Positions 51,033 to 60,534 of a stretch of 64,000 bases of DNA are shown one piece after another (position 1 is the first letter of the stretch; each line of letters begins with the position of its first letter). Below the pieces are notes generated by a model. It saw only the letters and a program-made list of their open reading frames with translations, did no database searches and had not been told where the DNA came from. This DNA is from Solirubrobacteraceae bacterium (GTDB lineage: Bacteria > Actinomycetota > Thermoleophilia > Solirubrobacterales > Solirubrobacteraceae), in the NCBI GenBank assembly GCA_034664395.1, contig JAXDHQ010000015.1, positions 705 through 64,704 on the forward strand. The letters run 5' to 3'. The position numbers were made by a program, and so were the translations under genes.

Positions 51033-52391
51033 TTGCTCGCAGCGTTGTCCGATGCCGTCGGCGATCGCCACGTCCTGACCGACGACGACGTCCGCGCCCC
51101 GTACGAGACCGACTGGACCGGCCGCTTCCACGGCCGCGCGCTCGCCGTGGTCCGCCCCGGCGACACCGCCGAGGTCGTCGCCGTCCTCGCCGCGTGCCGC
51201 GCGCACGGCGTCGCGCTCGTCCCCCAGGGCGGCAACACCGGCATGGTCGGCGGCGGCGTTCCCGAGCGCGGCGAGGTCGTCCTCAGCCTGACGCGCCTGC
51301 GCGACCTCGGCGAGGTCGATCGCGCGGCGGCGACCGTCGAGGTCGGCGCCGGCGTGACCCTGGGCGAGCTGCAGGCGCATGCGCGCGCCGCCCGCCTCGA
51401 CGCCGCGGTCGACTTCGCGGCACGCGACAGCGCCACCGTCGGCGGGATGGTCGCGACCGACGCGGGCGGCCTGCGCGCCCTGCGCCACGGCACCGTGCGC
51501 GCCCGCGTCGCGGGCGTCGAGGCGGTGCTGGCCGACGGCAGCGTCGTCGACCGCCGCTCGTCCCTGCTCAAGGACAACGCCGGCTACGACCTCTCCGCCC
51601 TGCTCGTCGGCAGCGAGGGCACGCTCGGCGTGATCACCCGCGTCCGCTGGCGCCTGGTCCCGTTGCTCGCCGCGCGGGTCGCCGCGCTGGTGCCGCTGGA
51701 GTCGCTCGAGCACGCGGCCGAGCTGCTGGCGGAGCTGCGCCCGCGCCTGCCGTCGCTGGAGGCGGCCGAGTTCTTCCTCGACGAGGGCCTGCAGCTCGTC
51801 CTCGACCACGAGGGCCGCGACCAGCCGCCGTTCCGGCGCGCGCCGGTCTACGTGCTGCTCGAGTGCGCCGCGCGCGCCGACCCGACCGAGGAGCTCGCCG
51901 AGGCCCTGGGCGAGGTCGGCATCGAGGAGGCCTTCGTCGCCGACACCACCGAGGAGCGCGAGCGCCTGTGGCGCTTTCGCGAGGGCCACTCCGAGGCCAT
52001 CGGCGCCGCGGGCGTGCCGCACAAGCTCGACGTCGGCGTGCCGCTCGCGCGCCTGCCCGAGTTCGCGCGGCGCGCGCGCGAGGAGGTCGCCGCGCTCGCC
52101 CCCGAGGCGCGCGTCGTGCTCTTCGGCCACCTCGCCGACGGGAACGTCCACGTCAACGTCCTCGGCCCCGACCCCGACGACGACCGCGTCGACGAGGCGA
52201 TCCTGCGCCTGACCGCGGCGTGCGACGGGACGATCAGCGCCGAGCACGGCGTCGGCCGGGCCAAGGCGCGCTGGCTCGGCCTCGTGCGCGGACCCGGAGA
52301 GCTGCGCGCGATGGCCGCCATCAAGCGCGCGCTCGACCCCGACGGGATGCTCAATCCCGGCGCGGTGCTGCCGACGCCGGACGCCGGCTGA
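51012..52391 (+). CDS. FAD-linked oxidase/dehydrogenase (GlcD / D-2-hydroxyacid dehydrogenase family)
   Basis: ATG 51012 (alternative in-frame GTG 51021) within ORF 50778..52391, 459 aa: ..VVRPGDTAEVVAVLAACRAHGVALVPQGGNTGMVGG.. (PCMH-type FAD-binding domain), ..ISAEHGVGRAK.. Confidence 0.85.
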   Translation: MLHVTDTLLAALSDAVGDRHVLTDDDVRAPYETDWTGRFHGRALAVVRPGDTAEVVAVLAACRAHGVALVPQGGNTGMVGGGVPERGEVVLSLTRLRDLGEVDRAAATVEVGAGVTLGELQAHARAARLDAAVDFAARDSATVGGMVATDAGGLRALRHGTVRARVAGVEAVLADGSVVDRRSSLLKDNAGYDLSALLVGSEGTLGVITRVRWRLVPLLAARVAALVPLESLEHAAELLAELRPRLPSLEAAEFFLDEGLQLVLDHEGRDQPPFRRAPVYVLLECAARADPTEELAEALGEVGIEEAFVADTTEERERLWRFREGHSEAIGAAGVPHKLDVGVPLARLPEFARRAREEVAALAPEARVVLFGHLADGNVHVNVLGPDPDDDRVDEAILRLTAACDGTISAEHGVGRAKARWLGLVRGPGELRAMAAIKRALDPDGMLNPGAVLPTPDAG

Positions 52392-53589
52392 GCGCCTCCG
52401 GACGGCGCACGCTGGCCACCGCTGCGGCGACGATCGCGACGAGGCCGACCGCGTAGGCGACCATGTCCAGCGCCCAGACGCCGACCCACCGCCACGACTC
52501 CCACGCCAGCCCCGGCACGTAGCCGCCCAGCGCGCCGGCGAGGTAATAGGCGCTGAAGTAGACGCTGCTGGCCAGCCCGCGGTCGGTGTCGGTGGCGCTG
52601 GCGACGCCGAGCTGCGCCGCCACGACGGCCGTGAAGTTGCCCAGGGTCACCAGCGCGAGGCCGATGACCACGAGCGGGAGCACCGGCGCGAGCGACAGCG
52701 TCAGGCCGCCGGCGCACGCGAACAGGCCGCCGAGCGCGACGCGGCGCCAGCCGTGGCGGTCGACGAGCCGCCCGGCGTGCGGCCCGACCGCGCCCATGAG
52801 CCAGAGCAGGAACACGAGCCCGATGACGGCCGGCGGCAGCGAGAACGGCGGCCGCTCCAGGCGGAAGTCGATGTACGAGAACGCGCCCATGAAGGCGAAG
52901 AACAGCGCGCTGCCGGCGAGGGTGGCGCCGACCAGCGTGCGGTTGCGCAGGAGCCCGAGCAGCGTCCCCGCCGACAGGCCGGCCGAGCGCGGCGCCTGCG
53001 GCTCGGGCGGCAGCCGGCGGCGCATGACGAGCGTGGCCGCGAGCGGCAGCGCCGCCACCGCGGCCAGCGCCGGGCGCCAGCCGACGAGCGAGGTCAGGAG
53101 CGCCACGCCGACGCGCCCGACGAGCCCGCCCAGGACGAGCGACGAGACGTACAGCCCCATCGCCCGCGCACCGATGCGCGCGCCGAACGCCTCGGTGACG
53201 TACGGGACGCCGACGGTGAGCAGGCCGGGCATGCACAGCCCCTGCAGGGCGCGCATGGCCAGGAGCACGCCGAAGCTCGGCGCCAGGGCGAGTCCGAGCG
53301 AGGGCACGACGAGCAGCGCGCTGGCGAGCACCAGCGACGCGCGCCGGCCGATGCGGTCGGAGAGCGGCCCCCAGAACCACGCGCCGAGCGCCAGCGCCCC
53401 CACCGCCAGGGAGACGGTCAGCCCCGTCTGGGCCGGCGAGACGTGGAAGGCCCGACCGAGCTGGGGCAGGATCGCCTGCGTCGAGTACATGACCGTGAAC
53501 ATCGCCGCGGCGGCGAACAGGAACGGCCCCATGCCGCCGAGCCCGCTCGATCGGGCGGGTGCTGGAGCGGCGATCGACACCGCCCGCAC
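52351..53589 (-). CDS. MFS transporter
   Basis: 412 aa, GTG start. 12-TM pattern with ..GPLSDRIGRR.. (MFS loop 2-3 motif). The 3' end overlaps the convergent FAD-oxidase gene by 41 nt. Confidence 0.85.
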   Translation of the reverse strand: MRAVSIAAPAPARSSGLGGMGPFLFAAAAMFTVMYSTQAILPQLGRAFHVSPAQTGLTVSLAVGALALGAWFWGPLSDRIGRRASLVLASALLVVPSLGLALAPSFGVLLAMRALQGLCMPGLLTVGVPYVTEAFGARIGARAMGLYVSSLVLGGLVGRVGVALLTSLVGWRPALAAVAALPLAATLVMRRRLPPEPQAPRSAGLSAGTLLGLLRNRTLVGATLAGSALFFAFMGAFSYIDFRLERPPFSLPPAVIGLVFLLWLMGAVGPHAGRLVDRHGWRRVALGGLFACAGGLTLSLAPVLPLVVIGLALVTLGNFTAVVAAQLGVASATDTDRGLASSVYFSAYYLAGALGGYVPGLAWESWRWVGVWALDMVAYAVGLVAIVAAAVASVRRPEALSRRPASAAPRRD

Positions 53590-53699
53590 GGTAGCGGCCG
53601 GCCGCCGGGGTCAGCCCGGCGGCGGCCCGCTGACTCATTGGTTCGCCCTCCGGACCATTTTCTCCACGCCCGCGGCGCCGCGCGATACGTTGCCCGGCC

Positions 53700-55031
53700 A
53701 TGACCCTCGACGAGCTGAAGGCCGACGTCCTCGCGGGCGGCGTCGACACGGTCCTCCTCGCGATGACCGACATGCAGGGCCGGCTGCAGGGCAAGCGCCT
53801 GACCGCGCCGTGGTTCCTGGACTCGGTCGTCGACCACGGCGCCGAGGCGTGCAACTACCTGCTGGCCGTGGACGTCGACATGAACACGGTCGGCGGCTAC
53901 GGGATGTCCGGCTGGGAGCGCGGCTACGGCGACTTCGAGCTCGTGCCCGACCTGGCCACGCTGTGCCGGACGCCGTGGCTGGAGGGCACCGCGATGTGCC
54001 TGGCCGACGTCCACTGGGCCGACCACTCGCCGGTCGTCGCCTCGCCGCGCCAGATCCTGCGCGCGCAGCTCGACCGCCTCGCCGAGCACGGCTACGCCGC
54101 CTACGCCGGCACCGAGCTCGAGTTCATGGTCTTCGACGACAGCTACGAGCAGGCGTGGGACAGCGCCTACCGCAACCTGACGCCGGCCAACCGCTACAAC
54201 GTCGACTACTCGCTGCTGGGCACCGCTCGGGTCGAGCCGCTCCTGCGCCGCATCCGCAACGCGATGATGGAGGCGGGGATGGTCGTCGAGGACTCCAAGG
54301 GCGAGTGCAACTACGGCCAGCACGAGATCAACTTCCTGTTCAGCGACGCGCTGCGCGCCGCCGACCAGCACGTGATCTACAAGAACGGGGCCAAGGAGAT
54401 CGCCGCCCAGGAGGGCAAGGCGATCACGTTCATGGCCAAGTACGACGAGCGCGAGGGCAACTCGTGCCACATCCACCTGTCGCTGCGCGGCACGGACGGA
54501 TCGATCGTCTTCGATGAGCAGGACGGGCTCTTCGACCGCTTCGTGGCCGGCATGCTCGCCGGCCTGCGCGAGCTGACGCTGTTCCTGGCCCCGAACATCA
54601 ACTCCTACAAGCGCTACGCGGCGCTGTCGTTCGCCCCGACGACGGTGGCGTGGGGCCACGACAACCGCACGTGCGCGCTGCGCGTCGTCGGCCACGGCGC
54701 CGGGCGGCGCGTCGAGTGCCGCGTGCCGGGCGCCGACGTCAACCCCTACCTCGCGCTCAGCGCCCTCATCGCCGCGGGCCTGCACGGGATCGACGCCGGC
54801 CTCGAGCTCGAGCCCGCCCTGGAGGGCAACGCCTACGAGGCGTCCGAGCGCCCGCAGGTGCCGAGCACGCTGCGCGACGCGCGCGACCTCTTCGCCGGCA
54901 GCGCGATCGCCCGCGACGCGTTCGGCCCCGACGTCGTCGAGCACTACCTCAACAATGCCCGGATCGAGCTCGAGGCCTACGACGCCGCGGTCACCGACTG
55001 GGAGCGCTTCCGCGGCTTCGAGCGCCTGTAG
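53700..55031 (+). CDS. Glutamine-synthetase-family gamma-glutamyl-amine ligase (GlnA3/GlnA4/PuuA-like)
   Basis: 443 aa: ..VDTVLLAMTDMQGRLQGKR.., ..GTELEFMVFD.., ..KGECNYGQHEINF.., ..FMAKY..GNSCHIHLSL.., ..NSYKRY.. Confidence 0.85.
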   Translation: MTLDELKADVLAGGVDTVLLAMTDMQGRLQGKRLTAPWFLDSVVDHGAEACNYLLAVDVDMNTVGGYGMSGWERGYGDFELVPDLATLCRTPWLEGTAMCLADVHWADHSPVVASPRQILRAQLDRLAEHGYAAYAGTELEFMVFDDSYEQAWDSAYRNLTPANRYNVDYSLLGTARVEPLLRRIRNAMMEAGMVVEDSKGECNYGQHEINFLFSDALRAADQHVIYKNGAKEIAAQEGKAITFMAKYDEREGNSCHIHLSLRGTDGSIVFDEQDGLFDRFVAGMLAGLRELTLFLAPNINSYKRYAALSFAPTTVAWGHDNRTCALRVVGHGAGRRVECRVPGADVNPYLALSALIAAGLHGIDAGLELEPALEGNAYEASERPQVPSTLRDARDLFAGSAIARDAFGPDVVEHYLNNARIELEAYDAAVTDWERFRGFERL

Positions 55032-55098
55032 CGCAGGTTGACTTCCGTCCTACGGGCCGCGTAAGGTCCGATGAGCAGTCCTTTACGAGGAGGAACGC

Positions 55099-56709
55099 AT
55101 GGCCGCTGACGTGATCGTGGACCGCGACGAGCGCCGCCTCGCGGAGCTCGGCTACAAGCAGGAGCTCAGCCGAAGCTGGAGCGGCTTCCAGAACTTCGCC
55201 ATCTCGTTCACGATCATCTCGATCCTCGCCGGCTGCTTCACGACCTACTTCCAGGCCTGGAACAACGGCGGCCCGATCGCGATCTCCATCGGCTGGCCGC
55301 TGATCTCGATCCCGATCCTGATCATCGGCTTCTGCATGTCCGAGCTCGTGTCGGCCTATCCGACGGCGGGCGGCATCTACTGGTGGGCGTCGAAGCTCGG
55401 CGGCGCCGCGTGGGGCTGGTTCACGGGGTGGTTCAACCTCATCGGCCTGATCGCGGTCACCGCGTCGGTGGACTACGGCTGCGCGACGTTCATGAACACG
55501 GTGTTCGGCCTGTACGACTTCGGCCTCTTCAAGGGCAACTCGCCGGACCTGACGACCTTCCTGCGCGGGACGTTCGTGCTCTTCCTCGTCATCCTCGCGC
55601 TGCACGCCGTCGTCAACATCTTCACGAGCCACCTCGTCGCGATGTTCAACTCGATCTCGGTCTGGTGGCACGTCGCGGGCGTGGCGGCGATCCTCGCCGT
55701 CCTCGTCTTCGTCCCCGAGCACCACGCCAGCGCCTCCTTCGTCTTCACCGAGCGCCTGAACAACTCGGGCTTCGGCGATGGCATGTTCTGGGTCTACATC
55801 CTGCCGCTCGGCTTCCTGCTGACGCAGTACACGATCACCGGCTTCGACTCGTGCGCCCACATCTCCGAGGAGACGCACGGCGCCGCCGAGAACGCGGCAA
55901 AGGGCGTCTGGCGCTCGATCTTCTACTCCGCGCTGATCGGCTGGATCCTGCTGCTCGCCATCACGTTCGCCGCGGCCGACCCCGCCGCGGTCACCAAGGG
56001 CGGTGGCTCCTCGATCGCGGTCCTGGAAAGCGCGATGGGCAGCCCGTGGGTGAAGCTGGTCCTCATCATCTCGACGGTCGGCCAGCTCTTCTGCGGCATG
56101 GCGTGCCTCACCAGCGCCTCGCGCATGTGCTACGCGTTCAGCCGCGACGGGGCCATCCCCGGGTGGCGCATCTGGAGCCGCGTCAACGCCAAGCGCCTGC
56201 CGTTCAACGCCGTCATCTTCATGGCGATCTGCGCGGCGATCATCACCGTCCCCGCGTACTTCCCCAACAGCAAGGGCATCACGGTCGCCTTCGGCGCGGT
56301 CGTCTCGATCGCCGTCATCGGGCTGTACATCGCCTACGTCATCCCGATCTACCTGCGCTGGCGCATGGGCGACCGGTTCGAGGCGGGGCCGTGGAACAAC
56401 GGGCGCAAGTACCGCTGGATGAACCCGTTCGCCACGATCTGGGTGGCCCTGATCACGATCGTCTTCATCCTCCCCTCGACGCCCGCCGGCGTGCCGTGGC
56501 GCAAGGAGTTCACGTGGTCGTCGGTCAACTACGCGCCGCTGGTGACCGGCGGCGTCATCCTCGCCGTCGGGATCTGGTGGCTGGTCAGCGCCCGCAAGTC
56601 GTTCACCGGCCCGCGCCACACGATCAGCGAGCTCGAGGCCGAGCTCGGCGGGCCGCGCGACGGCGACGACGGCGTCGGTGGTCAGGCGCTCGCGCCGCAG
56701 ACGTCGTAG
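55099..56709 (+). CDS. APC-superfamily amino acid/amine permease
   Basis: 536 aa, RBS GAGGAGG. About 12 TM helices, ..ELVSAYPTAGGIYWW.. motif. Confidence 0.88.
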   Translation: MAADVIVDRDERRLAELGYKQELSRSWSGFQNFAISFTIISILAGCFTTYFQAWNNGGPIAISIGWPLISIPILIIGFCMSELVSAYPTAGGIYWWASKLGGAAWGWFTGWFNLIGLIAVTASVDYGCATFMNTVFGLYDFGLFKGNSPDLTTFLRGTFVLFLVILALHAVVNIFTSHLVAMFNSISVWWHVAGVAAILAVLVFVPEHHASASFVFTERLNNSGFGDGMFWVYILPLGFLLTQYTITGFDSCAHISEETHGAAENAAKGVWRSIFYSALIGWILLLAITFAAADPAAVTKGGGSSIAVLESAMGSPWVKLVLIISTVGQLFCGMACLTSASRMCYAFSRDGAIPGWRIWSRVNAKRLPFNAVIFMAICAAIITVPAYFPNSKGITVAFGAVVSIAVIGLYIAYVIPIYLRWRMGDRFEAGPWNNGRKYRWMNPFATIWVALITIVFILPSTPAGVPWRKEFTWSSVNYAPLVTGGVILAVGIWWLVSARKSFTGPRHTISELEAELGGPRDGDDGVGGQALAPQTS

Positions 56710-58079
56710 TGGCGTCCACGCTCAAGGTCATCGAGCCGGCGACCGAGGGGGTCCTCGCCGAGATCCCGCGAGCGACGGCCGACGACGTCGACGCGGCGGT
56801 GGCCCGCGCCCGCGCCGCCTTTCCGGCGTGGCGCGCGGTGGCGCCCGCCGACCGCGCCCGGCTCCTGCACCGCCTGGCGAACGTGCTCGAGGAGCACCTC
56901 GAGGAGCTGGCGGTGCTCGAGGCCCGCAACGCGGGCAAGCCGATCGGCGACGCCCGCGGCGAGATGGGCATGGTCGTCGACACCTTCCGCTACTACGCGG
57001 GGGCGCCCGAGCGCCTGCTCGGCGACACGATCCCCGTCGCCGGCGGCCTGGGCTTCACCGTGCGCGAGGCGCTGGGCGTCGTCGGGCTCATCACGCCGTG
57101 GAACTTCCCGCTGGCGATCGCGTCGTGGAAGCTCGCGCCCGCGCTCGCCGCCGGCAACGCGGTCGTCCTCAAGCCGGCCGAGCTGACGCCGCTGACCGCG
57201 CTGCGCTTCGCCGAGCTCGTGCTCGAGGCGGGGCTGCCGGAGGGGGTCGTCGAGGTCGTGGCGGGGCCGGGCTCGGAGTGCGGCCGGCGGCTGGTCGAGC
57301 ACCCCGACGTGGCCAAGATCGCCTTCACCGGATCGACCGCGGTCGGCCGCTCGATCGCCGCGGGCGCCGCGGCGACGATCAAGCGCGTGACGCTCGAGCT
57401 CGGCGGCAAGAGCGCGAACATCGTCTTCGCCGACGCCGACCTCGAGCAGGCGGCGGCGACGGCGCCGATGGCCGTGTTCGGCAACGCCGGGCAGGACTGC
57501 TGCGCGCGCTCGCGCATCCTCGTCGAGCGCAGCGCGCTGGACCGCTTCATGGAGGCGCTGGAGGAGTCGGTCGCCGCCGTGCGGGTGGGCGATCCGCTCG
57601 ACGAGGCCACCCAGATGGGGCCGCTCATCAGCGCCGCCCAGCGCGAGCAGGTCGCCTCGTACACCGACGGCGACGCGCCGATCGCCATCCGCGGGCAGGC
57701 GCCCGACGGGCCGGGGTTCTGGTTCGCTCCCACCGTGCTCTGCCCGGTCTCCAACGACGACCGCGCCGCCCGCGAGGAGATCTTCGGCCCGGTGGCCGCC
57801 GTGATCCCGTTCCGCGACGAGGCCGAGGCGGTCGCGCTCGCGAACGACACGATCTACGGCCTGTCGGGATCGATCTGGACGCGCAACGGCGCCAAGGCCC
57901 TGCGGGTCGCGCGCGCCGTGGAGAGCGGCGTCCTGTCGGTGAACTCCAACACCTCGGTGCGCGTCTCGACGCCGTTCGGGGGCTTCAAGCAGTCCGGCTA
58001 CGGCCGCGAGCTTGGTCCGCACGCCCTCGACGCCTACACCGAGGTCAAGACCGTCTACTACGCGACGGAGTCGACGTAG
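56709..58079 (+). CDS. NAD-dependent aldehyde dehydrogenase (gamma-glutamyl-aminoaldehyde / aminobutyraldehyde dehydrogenase-like)
   Basis: GTG 56709 (overlaps the permease stop) within ORF 55383..58079, 456 aa: ..ITPWNFPLAIASWKLAPALAAGN.., ..FTGSTAVG.., ..LELGGKSANIVF.., ..NAGQDCCARSRI.. Confidence 0.88.
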   Translation: MASTLKVIEPATEGVLAEIPRATADDVDAAVARARAAFPAWRAVAPADRARLLHRLANVLEEHLEELAVLEARNAGKPIGDARGEMGMVVDTFRYYAGAPERLLGDTIPVAGGLGFTVREALGVVGLITPWNFPLAIASWKLAPALAAGNAVVLKPAELTPLTALRFAELVLEAGLPEGVVEVVAGPGSECGRRLVEHPDVAKIAFTGSTAVGRSIAAGAAATIKRVTLELGGKSANIVFADADLEQAAATAPMAVFGNAGQDCCARSRILVERSALDRFMEALEESVAAVRVGDPLDEATQMGPLISAAQREQVASYTDGDAPIAIRGQAPDGPGFWFAPTVLCPVSNDDRAAREEIFGPVAAVIPFRDEAEAVALANDTIYGLSGSIWTRNGAKALRVARAVESGVLSVNSNTSVRVSTPFGGFKQSGYGRELGPHALDAYTEVKTVYYATEST

Positions 58080-58823
58080 ATGCGCCTGGAGGGCAAGGTC
58101 TGCGTCATCACCGGCGCCCGCGGCGGCATCGGCAGCGCCTCGGCGGAGGCGTTCGCGCGCGAGGGCGCGACCGTGGTCGGCGTCGACCTCGAGGCGGGCT
58201 CGCCGGGCGACCTGGCGCTGACCTGCGACGTCACCGACGAGGACGCGGTCCGGGACCTGTACGCGCGCGTGCGCGAGGAGTACGGGCACATCGACGTGCT
58301 GTTCAACAACGCCGGCATCTCGCCGCCCGACGACGCCTCGGTGCTCGACACGACCTACGAAGCGTGGCGTCGCGTGCAGGACGTCAACCTGGCCTCGGTC
58401 TTCTTCTGCTGCAAGCACGGCATCCCCCACCTGCTCGACAACGAGCGCGGCGGCTCGGTCATCAACACCGCCTCGTTCGTCGCCGTCATGGGCGCGGCGA
58501 CGTCGCAGGTGTCCTACACGGCCTCCAAGGGCGGCGTGCTGGCCATGTCGCGCGAGCTCGGCGTGCAGTTCGCCCGCAGCGGCGTGCGCGTCAACGCCCT
58601 GTGCCCCGGCCCGGTCGACACGCCGCTGCTGCGCGAGCTCTTCGCCAAGGACCCCGAGCAGGCCGCGCGGCGCCTGGTGCACGTCCCGATGGGCCGCTTC
58701 GCGCGCGCCGAGGAGATCGCCTCGGCGGCACTGTTCCTGGCCAGCGACGAGTCGTCCTTCGTCACCGCCGCGAGCTTCCTCGTCGACGGTGGGCTCAGCG
58801 GCGCGTACGTGACGCCGGAGTAG
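58080..58823 (+). CDS. Short-chain dehydrogenase/reductase (SDR)
   Basis: 247 aa: ..VITGARGGIGSA.. (TGxxxGxG), ..NNAG.., ..YTASKGG.. (YxxxK). Confidence 0.9.
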   Translation: MRLEGKVCVITGARGGIGSASAEAFAREGATVVGVDLEAGSPGDLALTCDVTDEDAVRDLYARVREEYGHIDVLFNNAGISPPDDASVLDTTYEAWRRVQDVNLASVFFCCKHGIPHLLDNERGGSVINTASFVAVMGAATSQVSYTASKGGVLAMSRELGVQFARSGVRVNALCPGPVDTPLLRELFAKDPEQAARRLVHVPMGRFARAEEIASAALFLASDESSFVTAASFLVDGGLSGAYVTPE

Positions 58824-58829
58824 TCCGGC

Positions 58830-60059
58830 TCAGCGGACGACGCGGGCCTCGTAGCCCGCGTCGCCGATCTGGCGCAGCACGTCCTCGGCGTGGTCGCGCC
58901 CGCGAGTCTCGAGGACGAGCTGCACCGCGGTCTCGCGGACGTGGAGGTCGAGGCCCTCGCGAAGGTGCTCGACGTCGACGAGGTTCGCGCCCGCCTCGCC
59001 CACGAGCGAGAGCAGGCGGGCCAGCGAGCCGGGGCGGTCGGGCACGCGCGTGAACACCACCAGGCGCCGGCCGGCCTCGCTCTCGTGGCGGCGCGCGATC
59101 GAGGCCAGGAGCCCGGCGTCGACGTTGCCGCCGCTGAGGATGACGGCCGTCGTCCCGCTCGGCGCCGTCGTGGCCTGGCCGCCGAGCAGGGCCGCGACGC
59201 CCACGGCGCCCGCGCCCTCGACGACGAGCTTGGCCTTCTCCATCAGCAGGACCATGGCCTCGGCCACGTCGTCCTCGGGCACGACGACGACGTCGTCGAG
59301 CCAGTGGCGCACGAGCGCGAGCGTCAGCTCGCCGGGGCGCTTGACCGCGATGCCGTCGGCGATCGTGAGCCGGGCCGTCGCCTCGACCGGCACGCCGCGG
59401 CGCAGCGACTCCGGGAAGGCGGCGACGCTGTCGACCTGGACGCCGATGACCTCGACGCCGGGGCGCGCCGACTTCACCGCGATCGCGACGCCGCTCGCCA
59501 GCCCGCCGCCACCGACCGGGACGATGACCCGGGCCAGGTCGTCGACGTCCTCGAGCAGCTCGAGGCCCAGCGTGCCCTGGCCCGCGACGACGTCGGGGTC
59601 GTCGAAGGGGTGCACGAACGCCATGCCGGCCTCGTCGGCGCGCGCCCGCGCCGCCGCGACGCACTCGTCGACCGACGCGCCGCCGACGCGGACGGTCGCG
59701 CCCAGCGCGCTGCAGCCCTCGAGCTTGGACAGCGACGCCTCGCTGGGCATGAAGACCTCGCACGGCACGCCGCGCACCTGCGCCGCCTGCGCCAGCGCCC
59801 ACGCGTGGTTGCCGGCGCTGCCGGCGACGACCCCGCGGGTGCACCCGTCTCCCAGCGCCGCCAGCTTGTTCAGCGCGCCGCGGAGCTTGAACGAGCCGGT
59901 GCGCTGCAGGTTCTCGGCCTTGAGCACCACCTTGCCCCCACAGCGCTCGCTGAGGGTGATCGACGGCAGCACCGGCGTGTGCTTGGCCACGTCGGCGATG
60001 GCCGCGCGGGCGGCCGTCACGTCGGCGGCGGTGACCGCGCTGTGGACCGTGTCGGACAT
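58830..60059 (-). CDS. ilvA: Threonine ammonia-lyase (threonine dehydratase) with C-terminal ACT-like domain
   Basis: 409 aa: ..[12 protein letters not shown].. (PLP Lys), ..GSAGNHA.., ..[11 protein letters not shown].. Confidence 0.9.
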   Translation of the reverse strand: MSDTVHSAVTAADVTAARAAIADVAKHTPVLPSITLSERCGGKVVLKAENLQRTGSFKLRGALNKLAALGDGCTRGVVAGSAGNHAWALAQAAQVRGVPCEVFMPSEASLSKLEGCSALGATVRVGGASVDECVAAARARADEAGMAFVHPFDDPDVVAGQGTLGLELLEDVDDLARVIVPVGGGGLASGVAIAVKSARPGVEVIGVQVDSVAAFPESLRRGVPVEATARLTIADGIAVKRPGELTLALVRHWLDDVVVVPEDDVAEAMVLLMEKAKLVVEGAGAVGVAALLGGQATTAPSGTTAVILSGGNVDAGLLASIARRHESEAGRRLVVFTRVPDRPGSLARLLSLVGEAGANLVDVEHLREGLDLHVRETAVQLVLETRGRDHAEDVLRQIGDAGYEARVVR

Positions 60060-60071
60060 GGCGGCGGGCGC

Positions 60072-60464
60072 TCAGCCGGCGAGCGCCACGACGGCATCGA
60101 TCTCCACCTGGGCGCCGAGCGGCAGCGCCGCCACCCCGATCGTGCTGCGCGCCGGGGGCTCGTCGCCGAAGAAGGCGCCGTAGGCCTCGTTGACCTGCGC
60201 GAAGGTGCTGATGTCGGTGACGTAGATGCCCATGCGCACCGCGTCGTCGAGCGTGGCGCCGGCCTCGGCGCACACGAGCTTCAGGTTCTCCAGGCAGCGG
60301 CGCGTCTGGTCGCCGATCGACCCATCGACGAGCGTGCCGGTGGCCGGGTCCAGCGGGACCTGACCCGAGCAGAAGAGCAGTCCGCCCGCCCGCACCGCGT
60401 GGCTGTACGGACCGGCGGCGTCGGGCGCGCCGGGCGCGGTGACGACGTGGCGGTGGTGGGTCAT
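60072..60464 (-). CDS. ridA: RidA/YjgF-family reactive-intermediate (enamine/imine) deaminase
   Basis: ATG 60464 within ORF 60072..60551, 130 aa: ..[55 protein letters not shown].. It lies directly downstream of ilvA. Confidence 0.88.
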   Translation of the reverse strand: MTHHRHVVTAPGAPDAAGPYSHAVRAGGLLFCSGQVPLDPATGTLVDGSIGDQTRRCLENLKLVCAEAGATLDDAVRMGIYVTDISTFAQVNEAYGAFFGDEPPARSTIGVAALPLGAQVEIDAVVALAG

Positions 60465-60534
60465 CGCGCGGACAGTAGAGGATCGGCTCGTGGCGCCCCG
60501 CCCTCCACGGGGTCCGCTACCGTCCGCGCAGCCC

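Noticed and set aside
53610-53634. Inverted repeat GTCAGC-N13-GCTGAC in the MFS / GS-like divergent gap.
   Set aside because: Only 6 bp per arm with no extension and no second copy in the window. This is within chance expectation for a short GC-rich dyad.
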